A stretch of 24,424 bases of DNA from a virus (taxonomy: Duplodnaviria; Caudoviricetes): positions 1 through 24,424 of IMG/VR virus record IMGVR_UViG_3300021087_000075; one strand, 5' to 3'. Position numbers and translations under genes: made by a program. Shown here in pieces: positions 1 through 8,919 of the stretch. The notes below the pieces were generated by a model. That model saw only the letters and a program-made list of their open reading frames with translations. It was not told the origin of the DNA and searched no databases. Each line of letters begins with the position of its first letter. Positions within the stretch are counted from its first letter, which is position 1.

Positions 1-701
1 TCTTCTTCAATGGCGTTAATCTCGGTAACAGCATCATCGTATAGCTGACGTCCATTAAGAGTTACACCACCCGGAAGCTGCATGCCTTCGAATTTAATAA
101 GGTTTGCACCCCATTGTTGTTTAATTAGAGATGTTGTATATCTCTTAAGAAGCATATCATTATATATCGCTGTATGTGTATCGGGCTCAACTGTGCGATA
201 AGCGTCTACAATAATGTAATCACCTACTGCTACATCTGATTCCCAGTCAACATCAAGATACAAGCGATTCATATGACGGCTAAAGCGTACCTGTTCTGGT
301 CCGTTTAGCATCAGATTCATTGTGCTGAGATATGACATTGTTTGTGAGTAATTAGCAAGGTTGCCGGTAAATCCCAGGCTGTACATATCGTTAAGATGCA
401 TTTGATACTTTGCATCAAACATACTTACGCTTGAATTACTTTCAAACATCGGAAAAATTCGTTGTACTGACAATACCTGATTTGGTAACGAGATATATTC
501 ATTTGTTACATCAGTAATTGTGATCTGATGCTTATGATATACTTTGTATATTGCATCAGAATGGTATTCTTGATAAAATTGCAGAGCTTCATCGACACGA
601 TCAGATAGCTGATCTTCATCGACGTTAATCTCAAGGACTGGTGCTCCGAGTTTACGGAGACAGTAATCAATGAGTGTCTGTCTTGAGTTTGGAGCGGCCA
701 T
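1..701 (-). CDS. gp13: T4-like neck (head completion) protein gp13, 3' end outside the window
   Basis: Not in the ORF track (runs off the edge). Manual translation from ATG at 701: MAAPNSRQTLIDYCLRKLGAPVLEINVDEDQLSDRVDEALQFYQEYHSD...LKRYTTSLIKQQWGANLIKFEGMQLPGGVTLNGRQLYDDAVTEINAIEE. The N-terminal 'LRKLGAPVLEINV' and C-terminal 'KQQWG.NL.KF.G.QLPGGVTLNG' motifs are typical of T4-like gp13. Preceded by AGGA and a late promoter. Confidence 0.93.
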   Translation of the reverse strand, partial: MAAPNSRQTLIDYCLRKLGAPVLEINVDEDQLSDRVDEALQFYQEYHSDAIYKVYHKHQITITDVTNEYISLPNQVLSVQRIFPMFESNSSVSMFDAKYQMHLNDMYSLGFTGNLANYSQTMSYLSTMNLMLNGPEQVRFSRHMNRLYLDVDWESDVAVGDYIIVDAYRTVEPDTHTAIYNDMLLKRYTTSLIKQQWGANLIKFEGMQLPGGVTLNGRQLYDDAVTEINAIEE

Positions 702-709
702 GTAAAAAT

Positions 710-782
710 AGTCCTACAGATTAGTTTCTATAAGACTATTTATATGTTTTAAAAACTTGGTATTAAAGATTATTCTGGCTTA
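710..782. repeat. Direct repeat copy A (gp13 promoter/leader plus 'KPE-stop' tail); partner at 22046-22118
   Basis: 710-756 vs 22046-22092 match at 46/47 nt; after a 13-nt divergent spacer in both copies, 770-782 and 22106-22118 are identical (ttattctggctta). Ungapped offset of 21,336 bp. Confidence 0.95.
737..744 (-). promoter_or_regulatory. T4-type late promoter TATAAATA for gp13
   Basis: Exact TATAAATA on the minus strand, intergenic, 35 nt upstream of the gp13 ATG. Confidence 0.88.
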
Positions 783-784
783 AG

Positions 785-2587
785 TTATCCTATTAAGTAT
801 CCGTTGCATGTAGTAAACGCTGCTGTTGCAGTGCCGTACATGGCATAAGTTTCAGCCGTGCTTGATCTAACAAAAATACTTATATAATCACTAGCCGCTA
901 AATTAAAGATGCCTGTAACAGCTGTTTGTTTCCAAGCACCTCCGGCGGATTGCATACTATTGGACTTAACACACGTGGATGTATTTCCATTGACAGATAG
1001 CCATATCTGAAAGTCACCACTAGTTCTTCCATGCATAATATTAGCATCAAATTTATATCTACCCGCAACAGGAGCTGTGAAGCGTCCAGTGCTTGTATTA
1101 AAACATCCACCAACATTATGCCCTCCATTGAGATAAGTAGTTGACCAAGAACCAGCCTCTACTTGACCTGCACCAGAAAGAGCTAAATGTGATGTTTTAT
1201 GAGCCATAAATGATGGTTGTCGAGGTTGAACTATTTGTCCTGTATCATGAATTCTCTGATTTTCACGATATCCATTTAAATCCCTATCATATCCTTGAGT
1301 AACAAAGTCTGCTCTCTGGCCATCAAATTGATGAGCTCCAGTAAACCACTCATAAGTTCCAGTATTATTTGCGTACCTAGTACCAGTATAACCATCAGTA
1401 TTAGCAGTATGCCTTAGCTGCATGGTAGGTTTATCTAAGAAGCCAGTAGGAGTATAAGCGTCATGGGTATCTTGATAAACTGTTAAACGCCCGTTGTATC
1501 CTCCAGTTGTTGTTGTGTTAATCCCCACACCATTATCATTAGAAATATATAAGTCGTCGCCAGCACTACTATCAGTGCCAGTAGTAAATCCTATACTTCC
1601 AGTAGTTTGATGGCTATAAATCTGCCCCCTGAGTGTAGTACCAGCGTAATTTCTAAATTGTATAAATGCGTAGTCGTCGGCGCTCCTGGCTCTTAATCTC
1701 AAAGCATTTGCTCCGCTACTTGCAACAATTTCTAACGGCACGCTCGGATCAGCTGTGCCAATACCAACATTGCCATCTTTATTAATTCTCATGGCTTCAG
1801 TTTCAAGTCCAGATGAATTGTGACCTACTGCAAATGCTAACTCTCCTGAGTTATGACCAGTTCCTGCATTAGTAGTGACAAATATCGAACCAGTAGCGCC
1901 ATATCCACTAGATGTAACTGTTGTTAATGATAGTTTAGCAATCTTAGTTCCATTTGCACTAGGAGCTGCGCCGCTGTAAATATTTTCAATTTCTAAACCT
2001 GCTTTGTATTCAAAAGAAAGAGGATTATTAGTTGAACCATTGTTATCATCTGTAAAACGTAATCGCATTGGACGATAATTAGAACCACTTTCTACTTCAA
2101 CTTTAATCGCCGCAGCTGAGCCTTCCATGCTAGACGTACCAATACCAACGTTGCCTAGTGAGTTGACGCGCATACGTTCAACAGGGGTTGTTGAACCTTC
2201 AGGAGCCGTAAAGAACCCTAGTCTTGTAGGAGTTTCAGTACCGTCCCAATTAGCATCTGCTTTAGCAGAAATATAAGCACCTATACCTGGGGTATATGAA
2301 GAACCATAACTAGCAGACCAGGATAGCCTGCCCATTTCTTCGTTTACATCTATCCAACCAGCACTTTCTACTTTACCTAGAGTAATACCGTCTGTATTAT
2401 GTCCAGCAACATTTTTATTTACATGTAACTGTGATATAGGCGAACTCGTCCCAATACCAAGTCTGCCATTACCGTCTAACGACAAGAAAGCAGCAGAATC
2501 GATGTTGTCGAGTAAGTCTGCGTCTACCTCACCTGTTGATGAGATATTGCTGCCAGCTAGGGCGATTCGTGATGCTTTAGTTGCCAT
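785..2587 (-). CDS. Tail fibre / receptor-binding-like protein with C-terminal C1q-like domain (600 aa)
   Basis: Repeated 'ERMR..S.GNVGIGT' shaft motifs; C-terminus QPSFMAH...FNTSTGRFTAPVAGRYKF...L...DYISIF...NGYLIG matches the C1q/TNF-like domain signature. Confidence 0.8.
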   Translation of the reverse strand: MATKASRIALAGSNISSTGEVDADLLDNIDSAAFLSLDGNGRLGIGTSSPISQLHVNKNVAGHNTDGITLGKVESAGWIDVNEEMGRLSWSASYGSSYTPGIGAYISAKADANWDGTETPTRLGFFTAPEGSTTPVERMRVNSLGNVGIGTSSMEGSAAAIKVEVESGSNYRPMRLRFTDDNNGSTNNPLSFEYKAGLEIENIYSGAAPSANGTKIAKLSLTTVTSSGYGATGSIFVTTNAGTGHNSGELAFAVGHNSSGLETEAMRINKDGNVGIGTADPSVPLEIVASSGANALRLRARSADDYAFIQFRNYAGTTLRGQIYSHQTTGSIGFTTGTDSSAGDDLYISNDNGVGINTTTTGGYNGRLTVYQDTHDAYTPTGFLDKPTMQLRHTANTDGYTGTRYANNTGTYEWFTGAHQFDGQRADFVTQGYDRDLNGYRENQRIHDTGQIVQPRQPSFMAHKTSHLALSGAGQVEAGSWSTTYLNGGHNVGGCFNTSTGRFTAPVAGRYKFDANIMHGRTSGDFQIWLSVNGNTSTCVKSNSMQSAGGAWKQTAVTGIFNLAASDYISIFVRSSTAETYAMYGTATAAFTTCNGYLIG

Positions 2588-2593
2588 TTGTTA

Positions 2594-5383
2594 TTATCCT
2601 ATTAAATGTCCGCTGAAGATAAATGTTCTTACGCCTAATGTTGTGCTCATATTTTTCCAACCTACCGATACATAATCTCCGGATGTTAATGGAATATTTG
2701 CAGAAAAACTAGGAGCTCCTATTTCTTTTTCCTGATCTAGTGTGCTTCCTCCCTGACCAATAACAAAAGGTGTTGATTGTGACATGTTTAGTCCACTATC
2801 ATATGTTCTCCAGTTAAACCTAGAACCGTTAACGTATAATCCCCATCCTACACTATTATCACCATCGCTACCCATTACATATAATGATAGGTTAAAAGTA
2901 ATATGATAAACACCAGTGACCGGTGCAGTAAATCTACCATTAGAGGTGTTATATATGCTTTTTCTGTTTATAAGAGTAGTATTTGCTATAAGTGTTCCTT
3001 CACTACCACTTAGCTGGTATATATTGCCTGCTGAAGAATTATTATTATATGCAGTAAATGTTGGATTTAGCGGTGCTCTTACTGCACCATTTCTATTAAT
3101 AGATAAAAGAACCTGATCATACGTAGAAGCATTATTATTATTATTGCCCTGACCTTTAATTAAAATAGCACCATCACCACCGTGATTAGTAGTTCCATCA
3201 TATTCAATAGCAGCATTTGCATCTGTAGCAGTAGCAGTAGCAGGCCCTTCCCAAAATTCTATTCTTTGACCTGCTGTTAAATTAGAGCTCAAATTACTTA
3301 AAATTACACGTGAATTATCTTTATGTAAGTGTAAATCACCTTCAGGCGCAGTTGTTTGTAGTCCTATTCTGCCGCTACTTGTGATAGTCATTCTTACTGG
3401 AATATCTCCGCCTGCTCCTACACTATCAGGTTTAGTGGCAAACATTAATCCACCTATGCTCTCACTACCATCACGTTTATGGAGTACTGCAGCACCAACG
3501 TTACTAGTATCAGTTGAATGTAGAAACCCTAATGCCACGCCACCGCCATTTGTATCAGAATTACGTTGTATTCGCATTTGTACTTCAGATACATCAACAC
3601 TCGTACCTGTTAATGCATTTGTATCTCCTCTGACATGAAGTTGTGATGTCGGATTTGGAACATTCCCAATTGCCACTTTACCGTCAGGTTTAATGTACAT
3701 TCTAATATCAGTGCCACCTGTCTGAAATTGCAGTTCGCCAGTAGCATCGCTTGCCGCAATGTGAAATGCACCATTTTGATTTGAAACAATCTCATTTGGA
3801 TCATGAAATAGACTATAAGTTCCGTCAGTAATGGTAAAGTATGAATTAGCAGTGTTTGCTGCACCGCCCATAGTTCCTGAACTTTTAACAACTAGTGGAT
3901 CAGTTGGGTTTGTTTCACCAATACCAACATTACCATTGGCTTTAACCACAAATTTCGGTGTGTATGTATCATTAGAATAATCAGTATCTTGAGATCCTAC
4001 GGCAATTTCAAATCCAGCATCTACTACTTCTTGAGCAGCTATTCTCCAATTATAGTGATTGCCTGTTGTTCCAAAATACATTTCAGGCGAACCGTTGTTT
4101 ATTGCCAAGTCACCGGTCAGTACACCACCAGCAAGCGGTAGGTATGAACTAACGCCAGTAGAAATCTGACTATTAACTTCTGCTTGTGTATAGACTTCTG
4201 ATTTTATATAGTATGCATCATTAGTTAGTAGCTCATATACCTGAATATCGACTGTATCACCGGAACCTAGGTTATATGTGAATGCAACAGATGTACCAGT
4301 TGTCGCAACAAAGTCACGTCCTGATCCGTATACTTGTTTAATACCGTTTACATATGCAACTACTCGTGTAGTAGAAGATGTGGTATCATAGAATAATGTT
4401 TGTTTAGCTTGACCTGTGCCTGAGCCCACACCCGTAGCAGTAAACACAACTCCTACAGTATTACCTGATGCACCAATAGCAGTAAAGTCTGTATTGCCTA
4501 CAGATGTAATAGTATACTTGTGACCGATAATAAATGCACCTGCAGTTAATTCATTATCATCAACTCCACTTACAGCACTTGTTGTACCTGTGAGTGTATA
4601 TGAATAGTTACGGAAAGTAGTATTTGCATCAGTTGCACCACCACCTCCACCGCCACCTGAGCCAGCAGGTACGGCATCGATAAATGCAGATCCTGTATAG
4701 ACTTTTAATTTTTGGTTTAATGAATCAAAGAAGAACGAACCTTGAATAGGTGTTCCAGAATATGCAGTGCCATATTGTACTTTAAGATTTGATAAGACAC
4801 CTGCAAGTGAACCACCGACTGTCATAGCAGAGTCAGCTACAGATCCAACGATATTACCAGAAGCATCAATTACTTCTGATCCATTAACTCCAATATTACC
4901 TGCAACATCTAATTTCTGTTGAGGTGAAGTATCAGAGATACCAACGCGATCAGCTGCAGTATCAACATAAAGAGTTCCGCCATCTATCGTAAGATTAGAA
5001 GCTCCTTGGATTGCTGCAATTGCTCGAGCATCGGTATAGAATAAGTTTGAAGATCCCTCGGTAATGTCATCAGAATCTACTACATCATTTGTAATCGTAA
5101 CAGTATTATCTGTTACTGCAAGACTAATATTAGTACCACCTGTAAATGTAACTGTTTCAGTTAGTCCTACAGTATCAGTAGTTGTGCCATCTGTAATATT
5201 AAATGATGTAGAAACAGTACCCCAACTAAGAGCACCACTACCATTTGTTTTTAGATATTGCCCAGCACTACCATCAGATGCAGGAAACGTTTGACCGGCT
5301 TGTGTCAGAGTACCTGTAGATGTAATTGCTTGGCCTACTACTAAGCCGTTTTTGACTAGAAAGTCATGATTTGTGTTCGACAT
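2594..5383 (-). CDS. Large tail fibre-like protein with C-terminal C1q-like domain (929 aa)
   Basis: N-terminus 'DFLVKNGL', 'DGSAGQYLKTNGSGALSW', 'EGSSNLFYTDAR', poly-Gly linker, GNVGIG repeats, C-terminal YNTSNGRFTAPVTGVYHITF...FSGHLIG. Own late promoter. Confidence 0.8.
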   Translation of the reverse strand: MSNTNHDFLVKNGLVVGQAITSTGTLTQAGQTFPASDGSAGQYLKTNGSGALSWGTVSTSFNITDGTTTDTVGLTETVTFTGGTNISLAVTDNTVTITNDVVDSDDITEGSSNLFYTDARAIAAIQGASNLTIDGGTLYVDTAADRVGISDTSPQQKLDVAGNIGVNGSEVIDASGNIVGSVADSAMTVGGSLAGVLSNLKVQYGTAYSGTPIQGSFFFDSLNQKLKVYTGSAFIDAVPAGSGGGGGGGATDANTTFRNYSYTLTGTTSAVSGVDDNELTAGAFIIGHKYTITSVGNTDFTAIGASGNTVGVVFTATGVGSGTGQAKQTLFYDTTSSTTRVVAYVNGIKQVYGSGRDFVATTGTSVAFTYNLGSGDTVDIQVYELLTNDAYYIKSEVYTQAEVNSQISTGVSSYLPLAGGVLTGDLAINNGSPEMYFGTTGNHYNWRIAAQEVVDAGFEIAVGSQDTDYSNDTYTPKFVVKANGNVGIGETNPTDPLVVKSSGTMGGAANTANSYFTITDGTYSLFHDPNEIVSNQNGAFHIAASDATGELQFQTGGTDIRMYIKPDGKVAIGNVPNPTSQLHVRGDTNALTGTSVDVSEVQMRIQRNSDTNGGGVALGFLHSTDTSNVGAAVLHKRDGSESIGGLMFATKPDSVGAGGDIPVRMTITSSGRIGLQTTAPEGDLHLHKDNSRVILSNLSSNLTAGQRIEFWEGPATATATDANAAIEYDGTTNHGGDGAILIKGQGNNNNNASTYDQVLLSINRNGAVRAPLNPTFTAYNNNSSAGNIYQLSGSEGTLIANTTLINRKSIYNTSNGRFTAPVTGVYHITFNLSLYVMGSDGDNSVGWGLYVNGSRFNWRTYDSGLNMSQSTPFVIGQGGSTLDQEKEIGAPSFSANIPLTSGDYVSVGWKNMSTTLGVRTFIFSGHLIG

Positions 5384-5400
5384 GAGTTCACTTTCCCTCA
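5383..5400 (-). promoter_or_regulatory. Putative translational-operator stem-loop over the RBS (UGAG-GGAAAGUGAA-CUCA[UG])
   Basis: 4-bp stem whose last base is the A of the AUG; near-identical element at 14341-14360. Confidence 0.5.
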
Positions 5401-5410
5401 GTGTTTACTT

Positions 5411-5418
5411 TATTTATA
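5411..5418 (-). promoter_or_regulatory. T4-type late promoter TATAAATA
   Basis: Exact consensus, intergenic, upstream of ATG 5383. Confidence 0.85.
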
Positions 5419-5423
5419 ATAGT

Positions 5424-5471
5424 TTATTCTGGCTTTGTAAGTCATGATACTGTAGCTTTTTCTAAGTGATA
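5424..5471 (-). pseudogene. Possible relic of the 3' end of a tail-assembly chaperone gene
   Basis: Intergenic minus frame reads ...LEKATVS*LTKPE*, resembling SLEDVVWPTKPE* (22106) and SLDDVTWPTKP* (7562); TGA-CTT is two substitutions from TGG-CCT (W-P). Confidence 0.4.
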
Positions 5472-5473
5472 TA

Positions 5474-5836
5474 TTACCAAGGGTTGTCTGGAGCGCTTAG
5501 CTCAGGTTCGTTACTTGGAATAAAATCAACGAAGGTTTTTTGTCCAACATCCCCAGATTCTTCAATTTCGGATGCGAGCTCAGCAGCAACTTTTTCCTCT
5601 ATCTGAGTAACAAAACTAGATCCTAGTTGACCTTTTACCCAACCAATAACTTGAGCTTCTGTTAAGCTTGCAAATGGAGTAAAGGTTCCTGCATTATATT
5701 CAAACTCAGCAATCGCTTCATAGTAAGCAGAAGCTGTGCCGCTTGTAGTGGTATATCTGTAAGTAGCTTGTTTCACTATGTTATTTACATCACCTGACGT
5801 TATTGTTCTTAAATTTTCTGAAATGGTCCAACTCAT
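5474..5836 (-). CDS. Small conserved phage protein, probable fibre partner/chaperone (about 120 aa)
   Basis: Likely start is MSWTISENL at 5836 (GAGGA upstream, 1 nt after the previous stop), not 5887. The motif 'FTPFASLTEAQVIGWVK' recalls small proteins found beside fibre genes in aquatic phages. Confidence 0.65.
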   Translation of the reverse strand: MSWTISENLRTITSGDVNNIVKQATYRYTTTSGTASAYYEAIAEFEYNAGTFTPFASLTEAQVIGWVKGQLGSSFVTQIEEKVAAELASEIEESGDVGQKTFVDFIPSNEPELSAPDNPW

Positions 5837-5837
5837 A

Positions 5838-7526
5838 TTAAATTCCTCTTCTAACTCTGCTGATGCCATTATAATGACCAACTTCAACGTATGTTACCGA
5901 AGTACCAAAATTAGTTGCGGCTGTTGATTTTACCTTCAACTCAACGGTACCAGTTGAACTGTTAGCGTTTGCTTCTGTAACACTTATAGTAAAGTCGCTA
6001 GTGTTTCCAAAAGAATTAACTAAAGCGATACCCGAAATGCCTTCATTGAATGCTTGAAACCTGTATAAATACTCTGCAGCTATTCGACTTTCTAATCCAT
6101 TTCGCCCTGCAGCGCATTTTATTTTAATAAATCCACAAGCCCAAAGACTTTGACTGGTCGTTAGTTGAAAAATAACACCAGACCTGTAAGAGTTATCTGT
6201 CCCAACTGCAAGCATAACTTGAGAGGCGTCACTAGAACTGGAAAAATTAAGTCCAAGACCTCCCTTGATTTTAACAGCTCCATCTCCAGTACCGTCATCA
6301 CGAAGGATTCTCATACTCTCAGAACCACCAACTTGAAACTGCATAGTTCTTGAATCGTGTGCGTAGTTAATATAACCATCATAAGAATCAGCACCACTTG
6401 TAGTATCACCAAAGTGAATTGTATTAGCACCATTAGTAGGGTTAGCTATCATTTGTATCAGTGCTTGACCATCAGTTACCTTACCAATAGTTATATCACT
6501 AAATGTTGACATACCTACCGCAGTCACGTTACCTGATAGGTAGAGGTTTTTGAAGCGGGAATTTGTAGCACCTAAATCCATAGTATTATCAGAGTTATCA
6601 CCAGCATCATTAGTAGGAACTACTGCTCCGTTGTACCAACGCATACCATTACCTGAGTTTCTTGCAATGTATGGGTCGCCATTATTAACACCAATAAAGC
6701 CTTTATTTGAGTCGTCCCTAGCTAATGTAATAGCCACACCATCACTACTTTTACGGTTAAAGTAACCTCCAGTTGCATTTTCTGAAGCTACCCATATTTG
6801 TCCTTGTGAGCCAAAGACAGTAACGCCTTTAGTATTATTGTAGCCACCTGCACCAAACTTAGCTGCACCGCCATCAGACATATCAAGACGAAGTGCTTCA
6901 ATACCAACACCACCATCATTACCTACAAAAACAATATCTTTATCTTGTACTCTTGACTCTAATTTAAAATCGCTACTAGCGTTTTCTATACGCCCAAAAT
7001 GTGTACCGCCATCTTTAAAGTCAACTAAACCAGTATTATCAGCATCTAAGATAATTGCTCCTGCAACGTCTAATGTAAGGTCGCCCAATAAAGATAGTAA
7101 AGAAACTTTATCAGCGTCAGTCGTTATTGAACCCACATGATTAGAACCATTTCTAAATTTCATCATGTTACGACCTGTTCCAGCCGCTCGTCTAATTTGT
7201 ATTTCTCCGTCTGCGCCTATGTAAGCTGTATTATCACCAGCACCAAGAGACGTTGATGGGTTAGCTCCTATTACAACATTACCTGACGAGTCAATAACAG
7301 CAGCAGTTGCCGATGCATTGTCATCAATACCAGTAGAAGCAAAGTTACTAATAACTCCACCATCAACTGAGTTGCCTGATATTTGATTCGCAGCAAAAGT
7401 CAATGTCTTGCTTGACAAGTTCATATCAGTATGCAGCTTAGCATGAGTTACTGATAAGTCAGCAATCTCAGTTGAGTCGATAGTTGCATCTGATATAAAA
7501 TCTGATAAATTTCTTGCCTTAGACAT
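5838..7526 (-). CDS. Tail fibre-like protein (562 aa)
   Basis: N-terminus MSKARNLSD, 'VTHAKLHTDMNLSSKT', 'STGIDDNA', 'DLGATNSRFKNLYLSG', 'GYINYAHDSRTMQF' modules shared with other fibres here; beta-rich C-terminal tip of unknown fold. Confidence 0.72.
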   Translation of the reverse strand: MSKARNLSDFISDATIDSTEIADLSVTHAKLHTDMNLSSKTLTFAANQISGNSVDGGVISNFASTGIDDNASATAAVIDSSGNVVIGANPSTSLGAGDNTAYIGADGEIQIRRAAGTGRNMMKFRNGSNHVGSITTDADKVSLLSLLGDLTLDVAGAIILDADNTGLVDFKDGGTHFGRIENASSDFKLESRVQDKDIVFVGNDGGVGIEALRLDMSDGGAAKFGAGGYNNTKGVTVFGSQGQIWVASENATGGYFNRKSSDGVAITLARDDSNKGFIGVNNGDPYIARNSGNGMRWYNGAVVPTNDAGDNSDNTMDLGATNSRFKNLYLSGNVTAVGMSTFSDITIGKVTDGQALIQMIANPTNGANTIHFGDTTSGADSYDGYINYAHDSRTMQFQVGGSESMRILRDDGTGDGAVKIKGGLGLNFSSSSDASQVMLAVGTDNSYRSGVIFQLTTSQSLWACGFIKIKCAAGRNGLESRIAAEYLYRFQAFNEGISGIALVNSFGNTSDFTISVTEANANSSTGTVELKVKSTAATNFGTSVTYVEVGHYNGISRVRRGI

Positions 7527-7552
7527 TATGCTTCCAATACTTGTGTTTTATC

Positions 7553-7560
7553 TATTTATA
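7553..7560 (-). promoter_or_regulatory. T4-type late promoter TATAAATA
   Basis: Exact consensus 1 nt after the stop of 7562..7945 and upstream of ATG 7526. Confidence 0.85.
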
Positions 7561-7561
7561 A

Positions 7562-7945
7562 TTACGGTTTAGTTGGCCACGTAACATCGTCTAAAGAAGT
7601 TGCAGTAGATGTGATATCTCGTAATGCTTGACGATAAGCACGTTGTGCATTTGTCATAGTACGATCTGAACTTGCCCACCAGTCAGTGACAGCGATCAAG
7701 CGATCACGTTCTTCTCTGAGTAGACGCATTGGTTCAGCAGCAATGAGTTCGTCACGTTTTGCTTCGATCTCTTCCCATGTTGCTCCCCAGTTTGCTTCGT
7801 CATTTGTTTCGATTGCAGATCCATTTGCATCTGTGCCGATTACTCGTGCAAACATATGACGAAATGATGATTTATCAGTTGGTTCGCCACGAAGTACCCA
7901 CTCCGTAATACCCAACTCTGATAGTGCTGTTGCGATTGTTGTCAT
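7562..7945 (-). CDS. Phage tail (fibre) assembly chaperone, Tfa / Phage_tail_APC-like (127 aa)
   Basis: C-terminal LREERDRLIAVTDWW...YRQALRDIT...VTWPTKP is the characteristic motif; AAGGA RBS. Confidence 0.8.
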   Translation of the reverse strand: MTTIATALSELGITEWVLRGEPTDKSSFRHMFARVIGTDANGSAIETNDEANWGATWEEIEAKRDELIAAEPMRLLREERDRLIAVTDWWASSDRTMTNAQRAYRQALRDITSTATSLDDVTWPTKP

Positions 7946-7960
7946 TTTATTTTCCTTATT

Positions 7961-8437
7961 TTATCCTGCGATTTCCATTACTGTAATTCTTGATCCACCA
8001 TATTGATTTATACGCATCAGTCCCGAAGCCGCAAAATGGTTCACTTGAACTTTATAAGTAATAGGACTTGTAGTTGCAGGGGAATCTAATTTAGTCAAAG
8101 AAACACATAGAGCATTATTATCTTGAAACCCAGCCGCGCCTTGTTGTGTCAAAATTGAAGTTGATCCTCTCAAAATATTAACACCAATAAGTCCAGTACC
8201 GTTAACAAAAGTTTGTAAATTTGTAATTACATATACTTTACTTGATGAAGACTTTGGAGTTATTGTTACAGACAACCCAGTATCAGTATAAGATTGAGAT
8301 GTTATATCTGTTTGTGTATTGTATTCTCCTTCAACAACCTGTAACACTGTACCTGTTGTATTAATCCCTAAGTCAGCCGCCGTTGGTGCAGCACCTGCTG
8401 CAGTCTGTATCTGATCGACTTTAATTATACTGGTCAT
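7961..8437 (-). CDS. Short fibre-tip-like structural protein, paralogue 3 (158 aa)
   Basis: G.VLQVV...TGLSVTITPKSSSSKV...LDSPATTSPITYKVQ...VMEIAG; paralogous to the two upstream genes; ATGA overlap. Confidence 0.7.
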   Translation of the reverse strand: MTSIIKVDQIQTAAGAAPTAADLGINTTGTVLQVVEGEYNTQTDITSQSYTDTGLSVTITPKSSSSKVYVITNLQTFVNGTGLIGVNILRGSTSILTQQGAAGFQDNNALCVSLTKLDSPATTSPITYKVQVNHFAASGLMRINQYGGSRITVMEIAG

Positions 8438-8919
8438 TGTGCGATCTCCATTGCTACAAAGTTTATGTCACCTCTATCAGGACCATTATATTGATAAGTT
8501 CCACCATCGGTTTTTGCATATGTTTGATAAGTTGTAGCAGATGTTGTACTAGGTGAGTCCAGTACCATCATTCCGTGAGGAGTAATAGTAAATCCAGTTG
8601 TTCCTACTGTATAAAAACTTTGTAATCCTCTAGTACCACTTCCAATATTAGTACTGCCTCTATAAATAGTAACTGAACCCATAGTATTACCTTGCGGCAA
8701 ATACTGACCACCGCCTAAGACATATAACAATACTTGTGAGGTAGAAAACTTAGGTGTAATTGCTACTGTATGTCCTGTTGCTGTAAACGAACTGCTAGTA
8801 ATATTAGAATTTACCTGACCCCAAGTACTCTGCACAACTTGTAATATATGCCCAGGAATATGCACACCATTACCGCTTGTCTTTTCGACGAGATTATCAA
8901 CATATAAGGTACTAGTCAT
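8434..8919 (-). CDS. Short fibre-tip-like structural protein, paralogue 2 (161 aa)
   Basis: GHILQVV...ITPKFSTSQV...LDSPSTTSATTYQ...MEIAQ; ATGA overlaps on both sides. Confidence 0.7.
   Translation of the reverse strand: MTSTLYVDNLVEKTSGNGVHIPGHILQVVQSTWGQVNSNITSSSFTATGHTVAITPKFSTSQVLLYVLGGGQYLPQGNTMGSVTIYRGSTNIGSGTRGLQSFYTVGTTGFTITPHGMMVLDSPSTTSATTYQTYAKTDGGTYQYNGPDRGDINFVAMEIAQ

Noticed and set aside
3131-3145. (ATT)5 microsatellite
   Set aside because: Encodes an in-frame Asn run; unit changes would not alter the frame, and it is unremarkable in AT-rich coding DNA.
5837-5887. Longer ORF-track starts for 5474..5887, 9489..9731 and 16592..16777, and the 24204 start
   Set aside because: Internal ATGs with better RBS placement (5836, 9701, 16765) fit better; the 24204 frame is open to the window edge, so that ATG is internal.
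7525-7551. Spacer reading DKTQVLEA-stop overlapping the next ATG, possibly the relic end of a coiled-coil/S74 gene
   Set aside because: Too short and unspecific to distinguish from chance.
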